From Tubiluchus corallicola (taxonomy: Eukaryota; Animalia; Priapulida), in assembly GCA_030141605.1 (NCBI GenBank), contig JAQGDQ010001787.1, positions 1 to 25,575 of the forward strand: a stretch of 25,575 nt of DNA, given 5' to 3'. The translations under genes and the position numbers were made by a program. Below, one piece after another: positions 1 through 10,733 of the stretch (its first letter is position 1; the number at the start of each line of letters is the position of its first letter). The notes below the pieces were generated by a model that saw only the letters and a list, made by a program, of their open reading frames with translations, was not told where the DNA came from and made no database searches.

Positions 1-1098
1 TTGTGCTTTAAGGTCTGTCAAGAGTGTTTTCTTGTGCTGTAAGGTCTGTCAAGAGTGTTTTCTTGTGCTTTAAGGTCTGCCAAGAGTGTTTTCTTGTGCT
101 TCAAGGTCTGTCAAGAGTGTTTTCTTGTGCTTTAAGGTCTAACAAGATAGTATTCTTGTGGTTTGAGATCTAACAAGAGTGTTTTCTTGTACTTTAAGGT
201 CTGTCAAGAGTATTTTCTTGTACTTTGAGGTCTGTCAAGAGTGTTTTCTTGTACTTTAAGGTCTGTCAAGAGTGTTTTCTTGTGCTTTAAGGTCTAACAA
301 GATAGTATTCTTGTGCTTTGAGATCTAACAAGAGTGTTTTCTTGTGCTTTAAGGTCTGTCAAGAGTGTTTTCTTGTGCTTCAAGGTCTGTCAAGAGTGTT
401 TTTGTGCTTCAAGGTCTGCCAAGAGTGTTTTCTTGTACTTTAAGGTCTGTCAAGAGTATTTTCTTGTACTTTAAGGTCTGTCAAGAGTGTTTTCTTGTGC
501 TGTAAGGTCTGTCAAGAGTGTTTTCTTGTACTTTAAGGCTGTCAAGAGTATTTTCTTGTACTTTGAGGTCTGTCAAGAGTGTTTTCTTGTACTTTAAGGT
601 CTGTCAAGAGTGTTTTCTTGTGCTTTAAGGTCTAACAAGATAGTATTCTTGTGCTTTGAGATCTAACAAGAGTGTTTTCTTGTGCTTTAAGGTCTGTCAA
701 GAGTGTTTTCTTGTGCTTCAAGGTCTGTCAAGAGTGTTTTTTGTGCTTCAAGGTCTGCCAAGAGTGTTTTCTTGTACTTTAAGGTCTGCCAAGAGTGTTT
801 TCTTGTGCTTCAAGGCATGTCAAGAGTGTTTTCTTGTGCTGTAAGGTCTGTCAAGAGTGTTTTCTTGTACTTTAAGGTCTGTCAAGAGTATTTTCTTGTA
901 CTTTGAGGTCTGTCAAGAGTGTTTTCTTGTACTTTAAGGTCTGTCAAGAGTGTTTTCTTGTGCTTTAAGGTCTGTCAAGAGTGTTTTTTGTGCTTTAAGG
1001 TCTGTCAAGAGTGTTTTCTTGTGCTTTAAGGTCTGTCAAGAGTATTTTCTTTTGCTTTAAGGTCTGTCAAGAGTATTTTCTTTTGCTTTAAGGTTTGT
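1..1098. repeat. 31-bp minisatellite, ~35 copies, runs off the left edge
   Basis: Unit TTGTGCTTTAAGGTCTGTCAAGAGTGTTTTC recurs every 31 nt (positions 1, 32, ...). A variant block (CTAACAAGATAGTATTC) recurs near 138, 294 and 632. The array ends ~85 bp before the ATG at 1183. Confidence 0.97.
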
Positions 1099-1182
1099 CG
1101 TTTTTCACAACTGGCACCTGTAAGCTGACGCTGTCATCATCAACTCCAGTCATCTTTTAAAGACACACAGCAGAAATTCAAG

Positions 1183-1589
1183 ATGGCCCGGGAACTGAAT
1201 ATGGGCTTCATCCGCCAGAACTTCCTGAAGGAGCTCGTCGCCAACGAGAATCGAGCCCGGACCACGTGGTTCACGAAATACAAGAGTGACGTGGAGGAAG
1301 AGCAGAAAGCTGCTGCTGAAGCCAGACGACTGAGCATGCGCAAAGGAGAGACACCAAGTGAAGAGAAGCCATGCGAGGTCCCGGCGTGTAGGATTCATTA
1401 CAGGAGGAAACCCAGTGAACTGGACGTCCTCTTAGAATTGGCTGCCAAGCTGGACGTTGATACCACCCCACCCTTCCAGCGTCCTGTCCCATCAGATGTG
1501 AGAAAGTTGTTGTACAAGGGCGTTACCAAGGAACAGCAGGGACGCCATGAGTATCTAAGAACCAGAATGAATATCGACCCAGAAGATAG
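1183..1589 (+). CDS. SPMIP1: SPMIP1/ATP6V1FNB-like sperm microtubule inner protein, coding exon 1 of join(1183..1589,3184..3316), 179 aa
   Basis: MARELNMGFIRQNFLKE...ENRARTTWFTKY and RPVPSDVRKLLYKGVTKEQQGRHEYLRTRMNIDPEDR match my recollection of human ATP6V1FNB/SPMIP1 (MSRQLNIDALRQNFWKE...[35 protein letters not shown]). Good Kozak context AAGATGG; phase-2 donor AG|GTTCTG at 1589/1590. Confidence 0.88.
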
Positions 1590-1639
1590 GTTCTGATTGT
1601 TTATTGTTTTTTTGAAATTGTGATTTTGTATTTATGTTT

Positions 1640-1998
1640 GTTTGTATGTATATTTGTTTTTTTGTTTGTTTGCTGCTTATTGATTTACTTACTTGTTTGT
1701 TTATGTAGTTGCTTGTTGTTGTTATTGTTGTTGTTTGACTGCTCTTTATCTAGTTGTTGTCTTGCTTGTTTGGTCTGTTTATCAGTTTGTTTATTTGTTT
1801 ATATAGTTGCTTGTTGTTGTTGTTGTTTGACTGCTCTTTATTTAGTTGTTGTCTTGCTTGTTTGATCTGTTTATCGGTTTGTTTATTTGTTTATATAGTT
1901 GCTTGTTGTTGTTGTTGTTTGACAGCTCTTTACCTTGTTGTTGTCTTGCTTGTTTGATCTACCCATCAGTTTGTTTATTTGTTTATATAGTTGCTTGT

Positions 1999-2031
<33 letters not shown>

Positions 2032-2191
2032 GACAGCTCTTTATCTTGTTGTTGTCTTGCTTGTTTGATCTGTCTATCAGTTTGTTTATTTGTTTATATA
2101 GTTGCTTGTTGTTGTTCGACTGCTCTTTATGTAGTTGTTGTCTTCCTCGTTTGATCTCTCTATCAGTTTGTTTGTTCGTAAATATAGTTGT

Positions 2192-2239
<48 letters not shown>

Positions 2240-2400
2240 GACTGCTCTTTTATTTAGTTGTTGTCTTGCTTGTTTGATCTGCCTATCAGTTTGTTCATTT
2301 GTTTATATAGTTGCTTGTTGTTGTTATTGTTGTTGTTGTTTGACTGCTCTTTATTTAGTTGTTGTCTTGCTTGTTTGATCTGTTTATTAATTTGTTTGTC
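1640..2400. repeat. Intronic T/G-rich composite repeat, ~90-110-bp unit with a variable (GTT)n tract, ~7 copies
   Basis: Recurring TTTGACTGCTCTTTAT...GTCTTGCTTGTTTGATCTG...TATATAGTTGCTTG separated by (GTT)n of variable length. Confidence 0.9.
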
Positions 2401-2489
2401 TGTCTCCTCTACATTTTGTCACTTTCCCTATCTGACGTGTGATCGTCTGCTTGTCTATCTGTTCGTCCGATGCCCAAGTTTTCATGAAG

Positions 2490-2610
2490 TAACTTCCTGT
2501 GTATGCGTGAAGTGTGAGAATTAAACTGTTTGCGCATGCGAGGGCCTCACTTCCTGCGCACGTCACAAATATTTGGTCTAAACTTTCTGCGCATGCGCCA
2601 AGTAGGAAAC
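2490..2610. promoter_or_regulatory. Intronic cluster of NRF1-like and ETS-like motifs
   Basis: TGCGCATGCG at 2531-2540, TGCGCATGCGC at 2588-2598, ACTTCCTG twice (~2492, ~2549). Motif match only. Confidence 0.35.
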
Positions 2611-2726
2611 CTGAATTCAGTTGACTTTATTTGCAGCCTGCAGTGTGCCGAAAAAACCTAAACGAGTTCTTATCATATTGGTTAAATTATTAGACATTTT
2701 ACATTTAAAGTCTCTATTTTAGTTTC

Positions 2727-2728
<2 letters not shown>

Positions 2729-2799
<71 letters not shown>

Positions 2800-2808
2800 T
2801 TGTCTGTT

Positions 2809-2861
<53 letters not shown>

Positions 2862-2885
2862 TGTCTGTCTGTCTGTTTGTCTGTT

Positions 2886-2946
<61 letters not shown>

Positions 2947-3013
2947 TGTCTATCAGTCTGTCTGTCTTGTTGTCTGTCTGTCTGTTTGTCTGTTTGTCTG
3001 TTTGTTTGTCTGT

Positions 3014-3075
<62 letters not shown>
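2729..3075. repeat. (TGTC)n microsatellite with TGTT variants
   Basis: Direct tetranucleotide periodicity; it produces the spurious LSVC ORFs. Confidence 0.98.
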
Positions 3076-3077
<2 letters not shown>

Positions 3078-3183
3078 CCTGATTGTTTAATAATAGGCCT
3101 TCTTTCTATGTCTACTCATATATTTGTGTTTTTTATTTCTAAACGTTCCTATTTTGTTGTGACATTTTGTTTTTTCCCTGAAG

Positions 3184-3316
3184 GTACGAATATCCGGTCA
3201 CGAGTTCACTGGAGATCGGTTGGGACATCAGGCAAAATCAGGGAATCCCGGATCCCTACTATCCACTGTCACACTCTATGCGGTTTTTTTACAGGAAGAA
3301 TGGGGTGACGCTGTAG
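3184..3316 (+). CDS. SPMIP1: SPMIP1-like gene, coding exon 2 (YEYPVTSSLEIGWDIRQNQGIPDPYYPLSHSMRFFYRKNGVTL*)
   Basis: Pyrimidine tract then AAG|G acceptor at 3183/3184; AG+G completes Arg in phase with exon 1. YEYPVTSSLEIGW and FFYRKNG parallel remembered human YLFPITTSFTYGW and FFRKNG. TAG at 3314-3316. Not shown in this frame by the ORF track. Confidence 0.88.
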
Positions 3317-3796
3317 GAAACTCTGGTGACCTCTTGTGGCAGCAATGATTTTAATTTGTATTTACTTTTGATTAACTGTGAGCAAAAGTACTAAAACTAT
3401 TAGTCAAATGCATTTCTTGGGGTGGGGGAGGGGGGGGTGAAAGGGAGGGGATGACAGGGAACCTTGTATCTACCGTTACAACAAATGATCTTACAATGTG
3501 CTTAATAATTTTATAGTTATATTGCAATTAAATTCCTTTTTGGTGATTGTTGTTTTCATTTTTGTTGTCTTTTCCTTGCTTTGCTTTTCTGCTTTCTGGA
3601 CAGCGGCTACAATGGATAGGAGGACAGGTTCAGCTGTTGAGCGCATGTTCTTGAATCATGGAAAAAGGAAATCAGGCAAAAAATTTTGAGGAAAGAATTC
3701 CACAGACAAGAGGCTCGTGAGAAAAACTAAGTATATAAGCAGATGTTCTGCTTCTTTGTGAATTTTCACCTATTTCGCACTTAGAAGCCACCCTAT

Positions 3797-3877
3797 TGAG
3801 TGAATGAGTCAGTGAGTGAGTGAGTGAGTGATGCAGAGAGAGAGAGAGAAAGAGAGAGAGAAACAGAGAAAGAGAGC

Positions 3878-3912
<35 letters not shown>
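3797..3912. repeat. (GAGT)n followed by (GA)n microsatellite
   Basis: Directly visible. Confidence 0.95.
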
Positions 3913-3915
<3 letters not shown>

Positions 3916-4331
3916 TGCACTCTTTTTTGCTTTTTTTCAAAATGACCATTAATCTCGCTACACGAACAATGTTCTCTTTCTGGTTACGTGGTTACTCGGT
4001 TACTTGGCAAATTGGTTGGTCAGTCAGTTGATTTCTTGTTTGCCTTTTGATTATCCAATGAAGCCGATTAAATCACGTGACGTTTTGTGGACAAACAGAT
4101 GGAACTAATAATCAGCTATCATCTATACGTTTGATGCTTCTAGGATTGCGTTTATGTCCAGTGTGTCCAAGAACCCAAATAACGTTTTTGGAGACGACAC
4201 CATGATAATGGAGCCTGTGAAAGTTGAAGTTGTTGTTCACTCGCTTTGTTATGATTGAGTTTAGACACAGAGAAGTGTGAATAGGACAGAAAAGTGTTTA
4301 TTAAACTACAGACACATGAGTAGCATAACTG

Positions 4332-5372
4332 CTGCACTGAACACTGAGAGTGAGAGTGTCCTGCACTGAACACTGAGAGTGAGAGTGTCCTGCACTGAAC
4401 ACTGAGAGTGAGAGTGTCCTGCACTGAACACTGAGAGTGAGAGTGTCCTGCACTGAACACTGAGAGTGAGAGTGTCCTGCACAGACCACTGAGAGTGAGA
4501 GTGTCCTGCACTGAACACTGAGAGTGAGAGTGTCCTGCACTGAACACTGAGAGTGAGAGTGTCCTGCACTGACCACTGAGAGTGAGAGTGTCCTGCACAG
4601 ACCACTGAGAGTGAGAGTGTCCTGCACTGAACACTGAGAGTGAGAGTGTCCTGCACTGAACACTGAGAGTGAGAGTGTCCTGCACTGAACACTGAGAGTG
4701 AGAGTGTCCTGCACTGAACACTGAGAGTGAGAGTGTCCTGCACTGAACACTGAGAGTGAGAGTGTCCTGCACTGAACACTGAGAGTGAGAGTGTCCTGCA
4801 CTGACCACTGAGAGTGAGAGTGTCCTGCACTGAACACTGAGAGTGAGAGTGTCCTGCACTGAACACTGAGAGTGAGAGTGTCCTGCACAGACCACTGAGA
4901 GTGAGAGTGTCCTGCACAGACCACTGAGAGTGAGAGTGTCCTGCACTGAACACTGAGAGTGAGAGTGTCCTGCACTGACCACTGAGAGTGAGAGTGTCCT
5001 GCACTGACCACTGAGAGTGAGAGTGTCCTGCACTGAACACTGAGAGTGAGAGTGTCCTGCACTGACCACTGAGAGTGAGAGTGTCCTGCACTGAACACTG
5101 AGAGTGAGAGTGTCCTGCACTGACCACTGAGAATGAGAGTGTCCTGCACTGACCACTGAGAGTGAGAGTGTCCTGCACTGAACACTGAGAGTGAGAGTGT
5201 CCTGCACTGAACACTGAGAGTGAGAGTGTCCTGCACTGAACACTGAGAGTGAGAGTGTCCTGCACTGACCACTGAGAGTGAGAATGTCCTGCACTGAACA
5301 CTGAGAGTGAGAGTGTCCTGCACTGAACACTGAGAGTGAGAGTGTCCTGCACTGACCACTGAGAGTGAGAGT
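4332..5372. repeat. 29-bp minisatellite, ~36 near-identical copies
   Basis: Unit CTGCACTGAACACTGAGAGTGAGAGTGTC (4332, 4361, ...). Variation is mostly TGAAC/TGACC/AGACC. The 29-aa period of the three minus-strand ORFs equals three units. Confidence 0.98.
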
Positions 5373-5694
5373 GACTAGAAAGCAAAAACAGTCAGTATAT
5401 ACAGGTATATTGTTTAGATTTTGGTATCCAACTTTATTATCATTATTTTTTTGTTTTCAGTTCTTTTTGGATAATTTGTATCATTTATACTGTTTTTATT
5501 TGTATTTTTTTCTTATTTGTTCTTGTTTTTGTTATCTGCAGCATCACCGTTAATTTTTAATATACCAATCTATTTATAAGAAAGGGCAGGAGACTAGATG
5601 ACCCTATGGTCCTTCCCTCCCCTACTCCACGATTATAATTACGTAATATCTAAAAAAACTTTTTATGTCAAACTAATTGGAGAAAATAAATGTG

Positions 5695-5802
5695 CTATGT
5701 CTATGTCTATGTCTATGTCTATGTCTATGTCTATGTCTATGTCTATGTCTATGTCTATGTCTATGTCTATGTCTATGTCTATGTCTATGTCTATGTCTAT
5801 GT
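5695..5802. repeat. (CTATGT)n hexanucleotide microsatellite
   Basis: About 18 perfect copies. Confidence 0.98.
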
Positions 5803-6404
5803 TTACGTACAGGACTTTACCTACGCAGAGTTGCACAGGCTTCACAACAACCATTACTTTTAAATAGGGAGAGGACCAGTGTGTATGCATTCACTGGACC
5901 ATACAATTATACTGAAGTAGTCAGCTGGTAGAATGTAACAGTATTAGCCCATAGATGGCAGCACCTAATTATAATGTACAATTCCAACTTCCACCAACAT
6001 TTCTTTTCTTCTGTCCCGACAGCCTTAAAAAGAATTATGTTTATAACGATGTAGAAATGAAACAATTATGTATCCATTGAATGTAATGATTGTTTAAATG
6101 GAGAGAGGAGGAAGAGGAGCTTAAATGGGAGAAGGAGGAAGAGGAGCTTAAGTGGGGAGAGGAGGAAGTACGTCGTGAAAGAACTTTCAGTACAATGACT
6201 TGTACTTGAAAAACTTATGTAACTAAATTTTTTTTTGATAATTTAAAATGTTCGCATGACCTGATAAAACGACATGGCATCGCTATCCCAGTGTGCACCG
6301 CTGATTCACAAAAAACACATTATTCTTCACATTGACAATATAAAGTAATTTAAACTTTTGCTTAGTTACTGAAAAATGTATTAGAAATGCTCTGAGTTTG
6401 TTAG

Positions 6405-6905
6405 AATGGCTGCACTTAATGGTCATCAGAGTTAGTTTAAATTTACAAGTTTTATACAGCATTACTGCCATCGCAAGCTCTATATGCAACAGGACAACAT
6501 GTACATGATATTAAATTTCAAGATGACATACTGTTAAAATGGCTGCACTTAATGGACATCATAGTTAGTTTAAATTTACAAGTTTTATACAGCGTTACTG
6601 CCATCGCAAGCTCTGTATGCAACAGGACAGCATGCACATGATATAAAATTTCAAGACGACATACTGTTAAAATGGCTGCACTTAATGGTCATCATAGTTT
6701 ACAAGTTTTATACAGCGTTACTGCCATCGCAAGCTCTGTATGCAACAGGACAGCATGCACATGATATAAAATTTCAAGACGACATACTGTTAAAATGGCT
6801 GCACTTAATGGTAATTATAGTTAGTTTAAATTTACAAGTTTTATACAGCGTTACTGCCATCGCAAGCTCTGTATGCAACAGGACAGCATGCACATAATAT
6901 AAACT
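6405..6905. repeat. ~133-bp tandem repeat, ~3.8 copies
   Basis: AATGGCTGCACTTAATGG starts at 6405, 6538, 6671 and 6794; the third unit carries a 10-bp deletion. Confidence 0.95.
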
Positions 6906-7034
6906 CATAATAATAATAATAAAGTTTCAAGACGACCTTTTAAGCTTTTGATTTATTTATTTATTATTTATTTATTTATTTTATTTATAAAGAGTGTTTA
7001 TTTGTCGTTTATTAAAGGTGAGATTTCAAACTAA

Positions 7035-7310
7035 TACGCATGCGTCAATGGTTTCTTAAAAGAAGGTGAAGACTTTTGCTGCTACGACGTAATCGTAACT
7101 ACTGCACTAGCTTTGATGACGTCAATTGTTACGTCATAGGCTCTGGGGTTACTGCGTTGTTTGCTCTGTAAACTCCAAGACTAACGTTCTCTAATTCGCA
7201 TCGTTGCAGCACTCGTTGCTTGGTCAGTTGGTGACCAATGGCTATCGCATTTTGCTGACGTTTGAACAAGCAAAATTTTCAAGATGGCGGACAAGCGAAG
7301 AGCCTGACAG
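7035..7310 (+). promoter_or_regulatory. Probable promoter/5' region of paralogue 2: CRE sites, CCAAT, YY1-like motif
   Basis: TGACGTCA 7117-7124, TTACGTCA 7129-7136, CCAAT ~7236, CAAGATGGCGG 7280-7290; locally CpG-rich. Confidence 0.5.
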
Positions 7311-7390
7311 GAAACACGCGAGCCGAGCTTCCGGGAGCATCGAAAGTGCAGCAGTTAAAATCCGGAAATCGTTCCAGAATCTTCCAGAAG

Positions 7391-7519
7391 ATGGCGCGAG
7401 AACAAGGGGTGAATCACACGAATTACTGGCGGGAAATCATCAACAAGGAAAACGCTGCGCGCGCAGCTTGGGCAAGAACGTACGGAAAATACTTTCCTAA
7501 TGTAGAAGTTCCAACTGAG
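7391..7519 (+). CDS. SPMIP1-related paralogue 2, coding exon 1 (MAREQGVNHTNYWREIINKENAARAAWARTYGKYFPNVEVPTE)
   Basis: AAGATGG start. Aligns with the N-termini at 1183, 11611 and 17345. Phase-0 donor GAG|GTATTT at 7519/7520, followed by a satellite-filled intron. Confidence 0.85.
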
Positions 7520-7552
7520 GTATTTAATAGAATTTATGTTACCTGTTCAGCA

Positions 7553-8494
7553 GTAGAGGGCAGCACAAGATAGCGGTGTTTAAATGATTCATGCCCTACG
7601 AGAATGGTTGTTTAGCATTAGACATGGTAGAGGGCAGCACAAGATAGCGGTGTTTAAATGATTCATGCCCTACGAGAATGGTTGTTTAGCATTAGACATG
7701 GTAGAGGGCAGCACAAGATAGCTGTGTTTAAATGATTCATGCCCTACGAGAATGGTTGTTTAGCATTAGACATGGTAGAGGGCAGCACAAGAAGCTGTGT
7801 TCAAATGATTCATGCCCCACGGGAATGGTTGTTTAGCATTAGACATGGTAGAGGGCAGCACAAGATAGCTGTGTTTAAATGATTCATGCCCCACGGGAAT
7901 GGTTGTTTAGCATTAGACATGGTAGAGGGCAGCACAAGATAGCTGTGTTTAAATGATTCATGCCCTACGGGAATGGTTGTTTAGCATTAGACGTGGCAGA
8001 GGGCAGCACTAGATAGCTGTGTTTAAATGATTCATGCCCTACGAGAATGGTTGTTTAGCATTAGACATGGTAGAGGGCAGCACAAGATTGCGGTGTTTAA
8101 ATGATTCATGCCCTACGGGAATGGTTATTTAGCACTAGACATGGTAGAGGGCAGCACAAGATGGCTGTGTTCAAATGATTCATGCCCCACGGGAATGGTT
8201 GTTTAGCATTAGACATGGTAGAGGGCAGCACTAGATAGCTGTGTTTAAATGGTTCATGCCCCACGGGAATGGTTGTTTGGCATTAGACATGGTAGAGGGC
8301 AGCACAAGATAGCGGTGTTTAAATGATTCATGCCCTACGGGAATGGTTGTTTAGCATTAGACATGGTAGAGGGCAGCACTAGATAGCGGTGTTTAAATGA
8401 TTCATGCCCTACGGGAATGGTTGTTTAGCATTAGACATGGTAGAGGGCAGCACTAGATAGCGGTGTTTAAATGATTCATGCCCCACGGGAATGG
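7553..8494. repeat. 74-bp intronic minisatellite, ~12.7 copies
   Basis: GTAGAGGGCAGCACAAGATAGC...GCATTAGACATG at 7553, 7627, ... Confidence 0.97.
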
Positions 8495-8587
8495 TCACGG
8501 GTTTGGCCAGATGGTTTTTTCTAAGGCAGATTGACAGGTACCTAGACATAACTACACAGGTACATTGATTGGAAGTTACTTTATTAT

Positions 8588-9135
8588 GTAGGTAGCTACG
8601 TAGGTCGGTCGGTAAGTAGGTAGATAAGAAAAAGTAGGTAGCTGGGAGGTAGGTAGGTAGCCAGGTAGGTAGGTAACCAGGTAGGTAGCCAGGTAGGTAG
8701 CCAGGTATGTAAGTAACTAGGTAGGTAGGTACGTAGACACGTAGGTAGGTAGGCACGTAGGTAGGTAGATAGGCAGCTAGGGAGCCAGGTTGATAGGTAG
8801 CTGGTTACGTAGGCAGGTAGGTAGAAAGATAGTTAAGTAGGTAGGGAGGTAGGTAGATAGGTAGGTAGCCAGGCAGGTATGTAGGTAGGTAGATAGGTTC
8901 GTAGGTTCATAGGTAGGTAGGTAGATAGGTAGGTAGGTAGGTAGGTAGGTAGGTAGGTAGGTAGATAGGTAGGTAGGTAGGTAGGTAGGTAGGTAGGTAG
9001 ATTGGTGGGTAGGTAGGTAAATAGGTACTTAGATTAGTTGGCAGAGAGGCAAGCAGGCATGCAGACAGTAAAAAGTTAGTCAGACAGACATGCAAAATAG
9101 ACATACAGATAGACAGAAGATACAGACGGACAGAT
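8588..9135. repeat. Degenerate (GGTA)n grading into (GACA)n microsatellite
   Basis: Directly visible; source of the TYLP ORFs. Confidence 0.93.
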
Positions 9136-9239
9136 GAAGGAAATAATGGATTGATTTAAAAACGGATCAAGGACAAACAGGACAAATAAAACGTCCAGGT
9201 GTATAAATCAAGTTATTTAAAAGGCTTCTCTTATTATAG

Positions 9240-9509
9240 GTAGCGCCACAGCAACGTCCCGTAACTGCATGTACAGGATACCGTCATCCAGGACTGGACA
9301 CATACGGGAAAATTTCACACACCCGTCAAGTCACTTGTCTGTGGCCAGAAAGGTATCACCAACCCTACAGAGATTTCAGCATCTTCAGTGATGGAAAAGC
9401 CGCCAAGTACCAAGCCACGTATTCTATATATTACAAAGATTTCACAGATCACGTGATCAGAGACCAAGATCACGTGACCAGAAATCGAGATCACGTGACG
9501 ACCACGTGA
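9240..9509 (+). CDS. SPMIP1-related paralogue 2, coding exon 2; 132 aa total to TGA 9507-9509, or 145 aa if read through to TAG 9546-9548
   Basis: Acceptor TTCTCTTATTATAG|G, in phase with exon 1. Reads VAPQQRPVTACTGYRHPGLDTYGKISHTRQVTCLWPERYHQPYRDFSIF..., matching VTIPPRPATVPTGYR...CFLPERYYRPYRTF of the 11611 ORF. AATAAA at ~9622. Missed by the ORF track. Confidence 0.82.
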   Translation, partial: VAPQQRPVTACTGYRHPGLDTYGKISHTRQVTCLWPERYHQPYRDFSIFSDGKAAKYQATYSIYYKDFTDHVIRDQDHVTRNRDHVTTT

Positions 9510-9998
9510 TGCTGTAAACAGCGCCCATTGTTAGAAAAAGCGAGCTAGATGACGCCTGATGTTTTTGGATATAATGGATGCCCGCATATTAATTTTAAAA
9601 TCTTGTAGACATGTTTGTAGAAATAAAAAAGACGCATTGTAAGTTTTAATATAACTAAGCGTCCATTTTGTGAATTTGCAGGTCAGTTTAAAGGAAAACC
9701 GGATCCAATTTTACACTATAGCTCAAAACAATCGTCTGGAATGTTTGTAATGTTGAAAATTATGTTCAGTTGTGACGTCAGCACTAGTTGGGCTCACCCG
9801 CCGTCAGTTGACTTTTTAAACTATTATTTAATTATTAGAAACTCTTTGGTATTATTATAGGCGTTGACATGATTACTTTTTATTATACCTCAAGGTGTAG
9901 TAGGTTACGAAAAATCAGCAGATGAGTAGTTACTAAAATCAGTTCGGGCGGTGCGTCATGAGAGAACGAATCTCAAATCTCTACTGTTAAGTAGGAAC

Positions 9999-10402
9999 AA
10001 ATGCGAATTGAATGAGCCGATGCGATTTAAAATGAAGTACGCACCACCCTATTGTTAGTCTGGTACCTACTGTAAATTAAAATGCGAATTGAATGAACCG
10101 ATGTGATTTCAAATGAAGTACGCACCACTCTATTGTTAGTCTGGTACCTACTGTAAATTAAAATGCGAATTGAATGAACCGATGTGATTTCAAATGAAGT
10201 ACGCACCACTCTATTGTTAGTCTGGTACCTACTGTAAATTAAAATGCGAATTGAATGAACCGATGTGATTTCAAACGAAGTACGTGCCACCCTAGTGTTA
10301 GTCTGGTACCTACTGTAAATTAAAATGCGAATTGAATGAACCGATGTGATTTCAAATGAAGTACGCACCACTCTATTGTTAGTCTGGTACCTACTGTAAA
10401 TT
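9999..10402. repeat. 81-bp tandem repeat, 5 copies
   Basis: AAATGCGAATTGAATGAACCGATG... every 81 nt; the 27-aa period of the spurious ORF agrees. Confidence 0.96.
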
Positions 10403-10733
10403 AGAGCTGACAACAAGTACGGAAACTTTTCTTTATTAAAGCAAGCTATCTCGTTATTGAACACTTTACCGGAAGAAGATGAATATTCAACAACTTTATC
10501 TAACTTTAAAACAAAGTTTTAGACAGCAAGACACAACATTAAATAACTCTAGAATTCTAGTGCCTAGAGGCACTAAATTTACAGGGTAGACAGTGAGCCT
10601 ACTAGGCCTAGCATTAGGGGACTCCGAAAATGGGGTGACAAAAAGCTAGGACTGTTTAAGGGCCAGAGATACGGAGCAACAATACGAACAATGCTAGAGC
10701 CACAACACTGTTCGCTCTATCATACGTGAGTAA

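Noticed and set aside
1620-3308. Cys/Leu/Val-rich ORFs
   Set aside because: Translations of intronic (GTT)n and (TGTC)n repeats; the real exon 2 uses another frame.
4152-5385. Three 350-390-aa minus-strand ORFs
   Set aside because: All three frames give the same permuted 29-aa peptide because the 29-bp unit lacks minus-strand stops; satellite artefact.
7262-7573. 103-aa ORF as the full paralogue 2
   Set aside because: It begins at a TTG; homology starts at ATG 7391 and continues only via splicing to 9240.
9549-9650. SECIS element for TGA 9507
   Set aside because: ATGA at 9549 is only ~40 nt from the TGA and I could not find the paired helix with an apical AA; not supported by eye.
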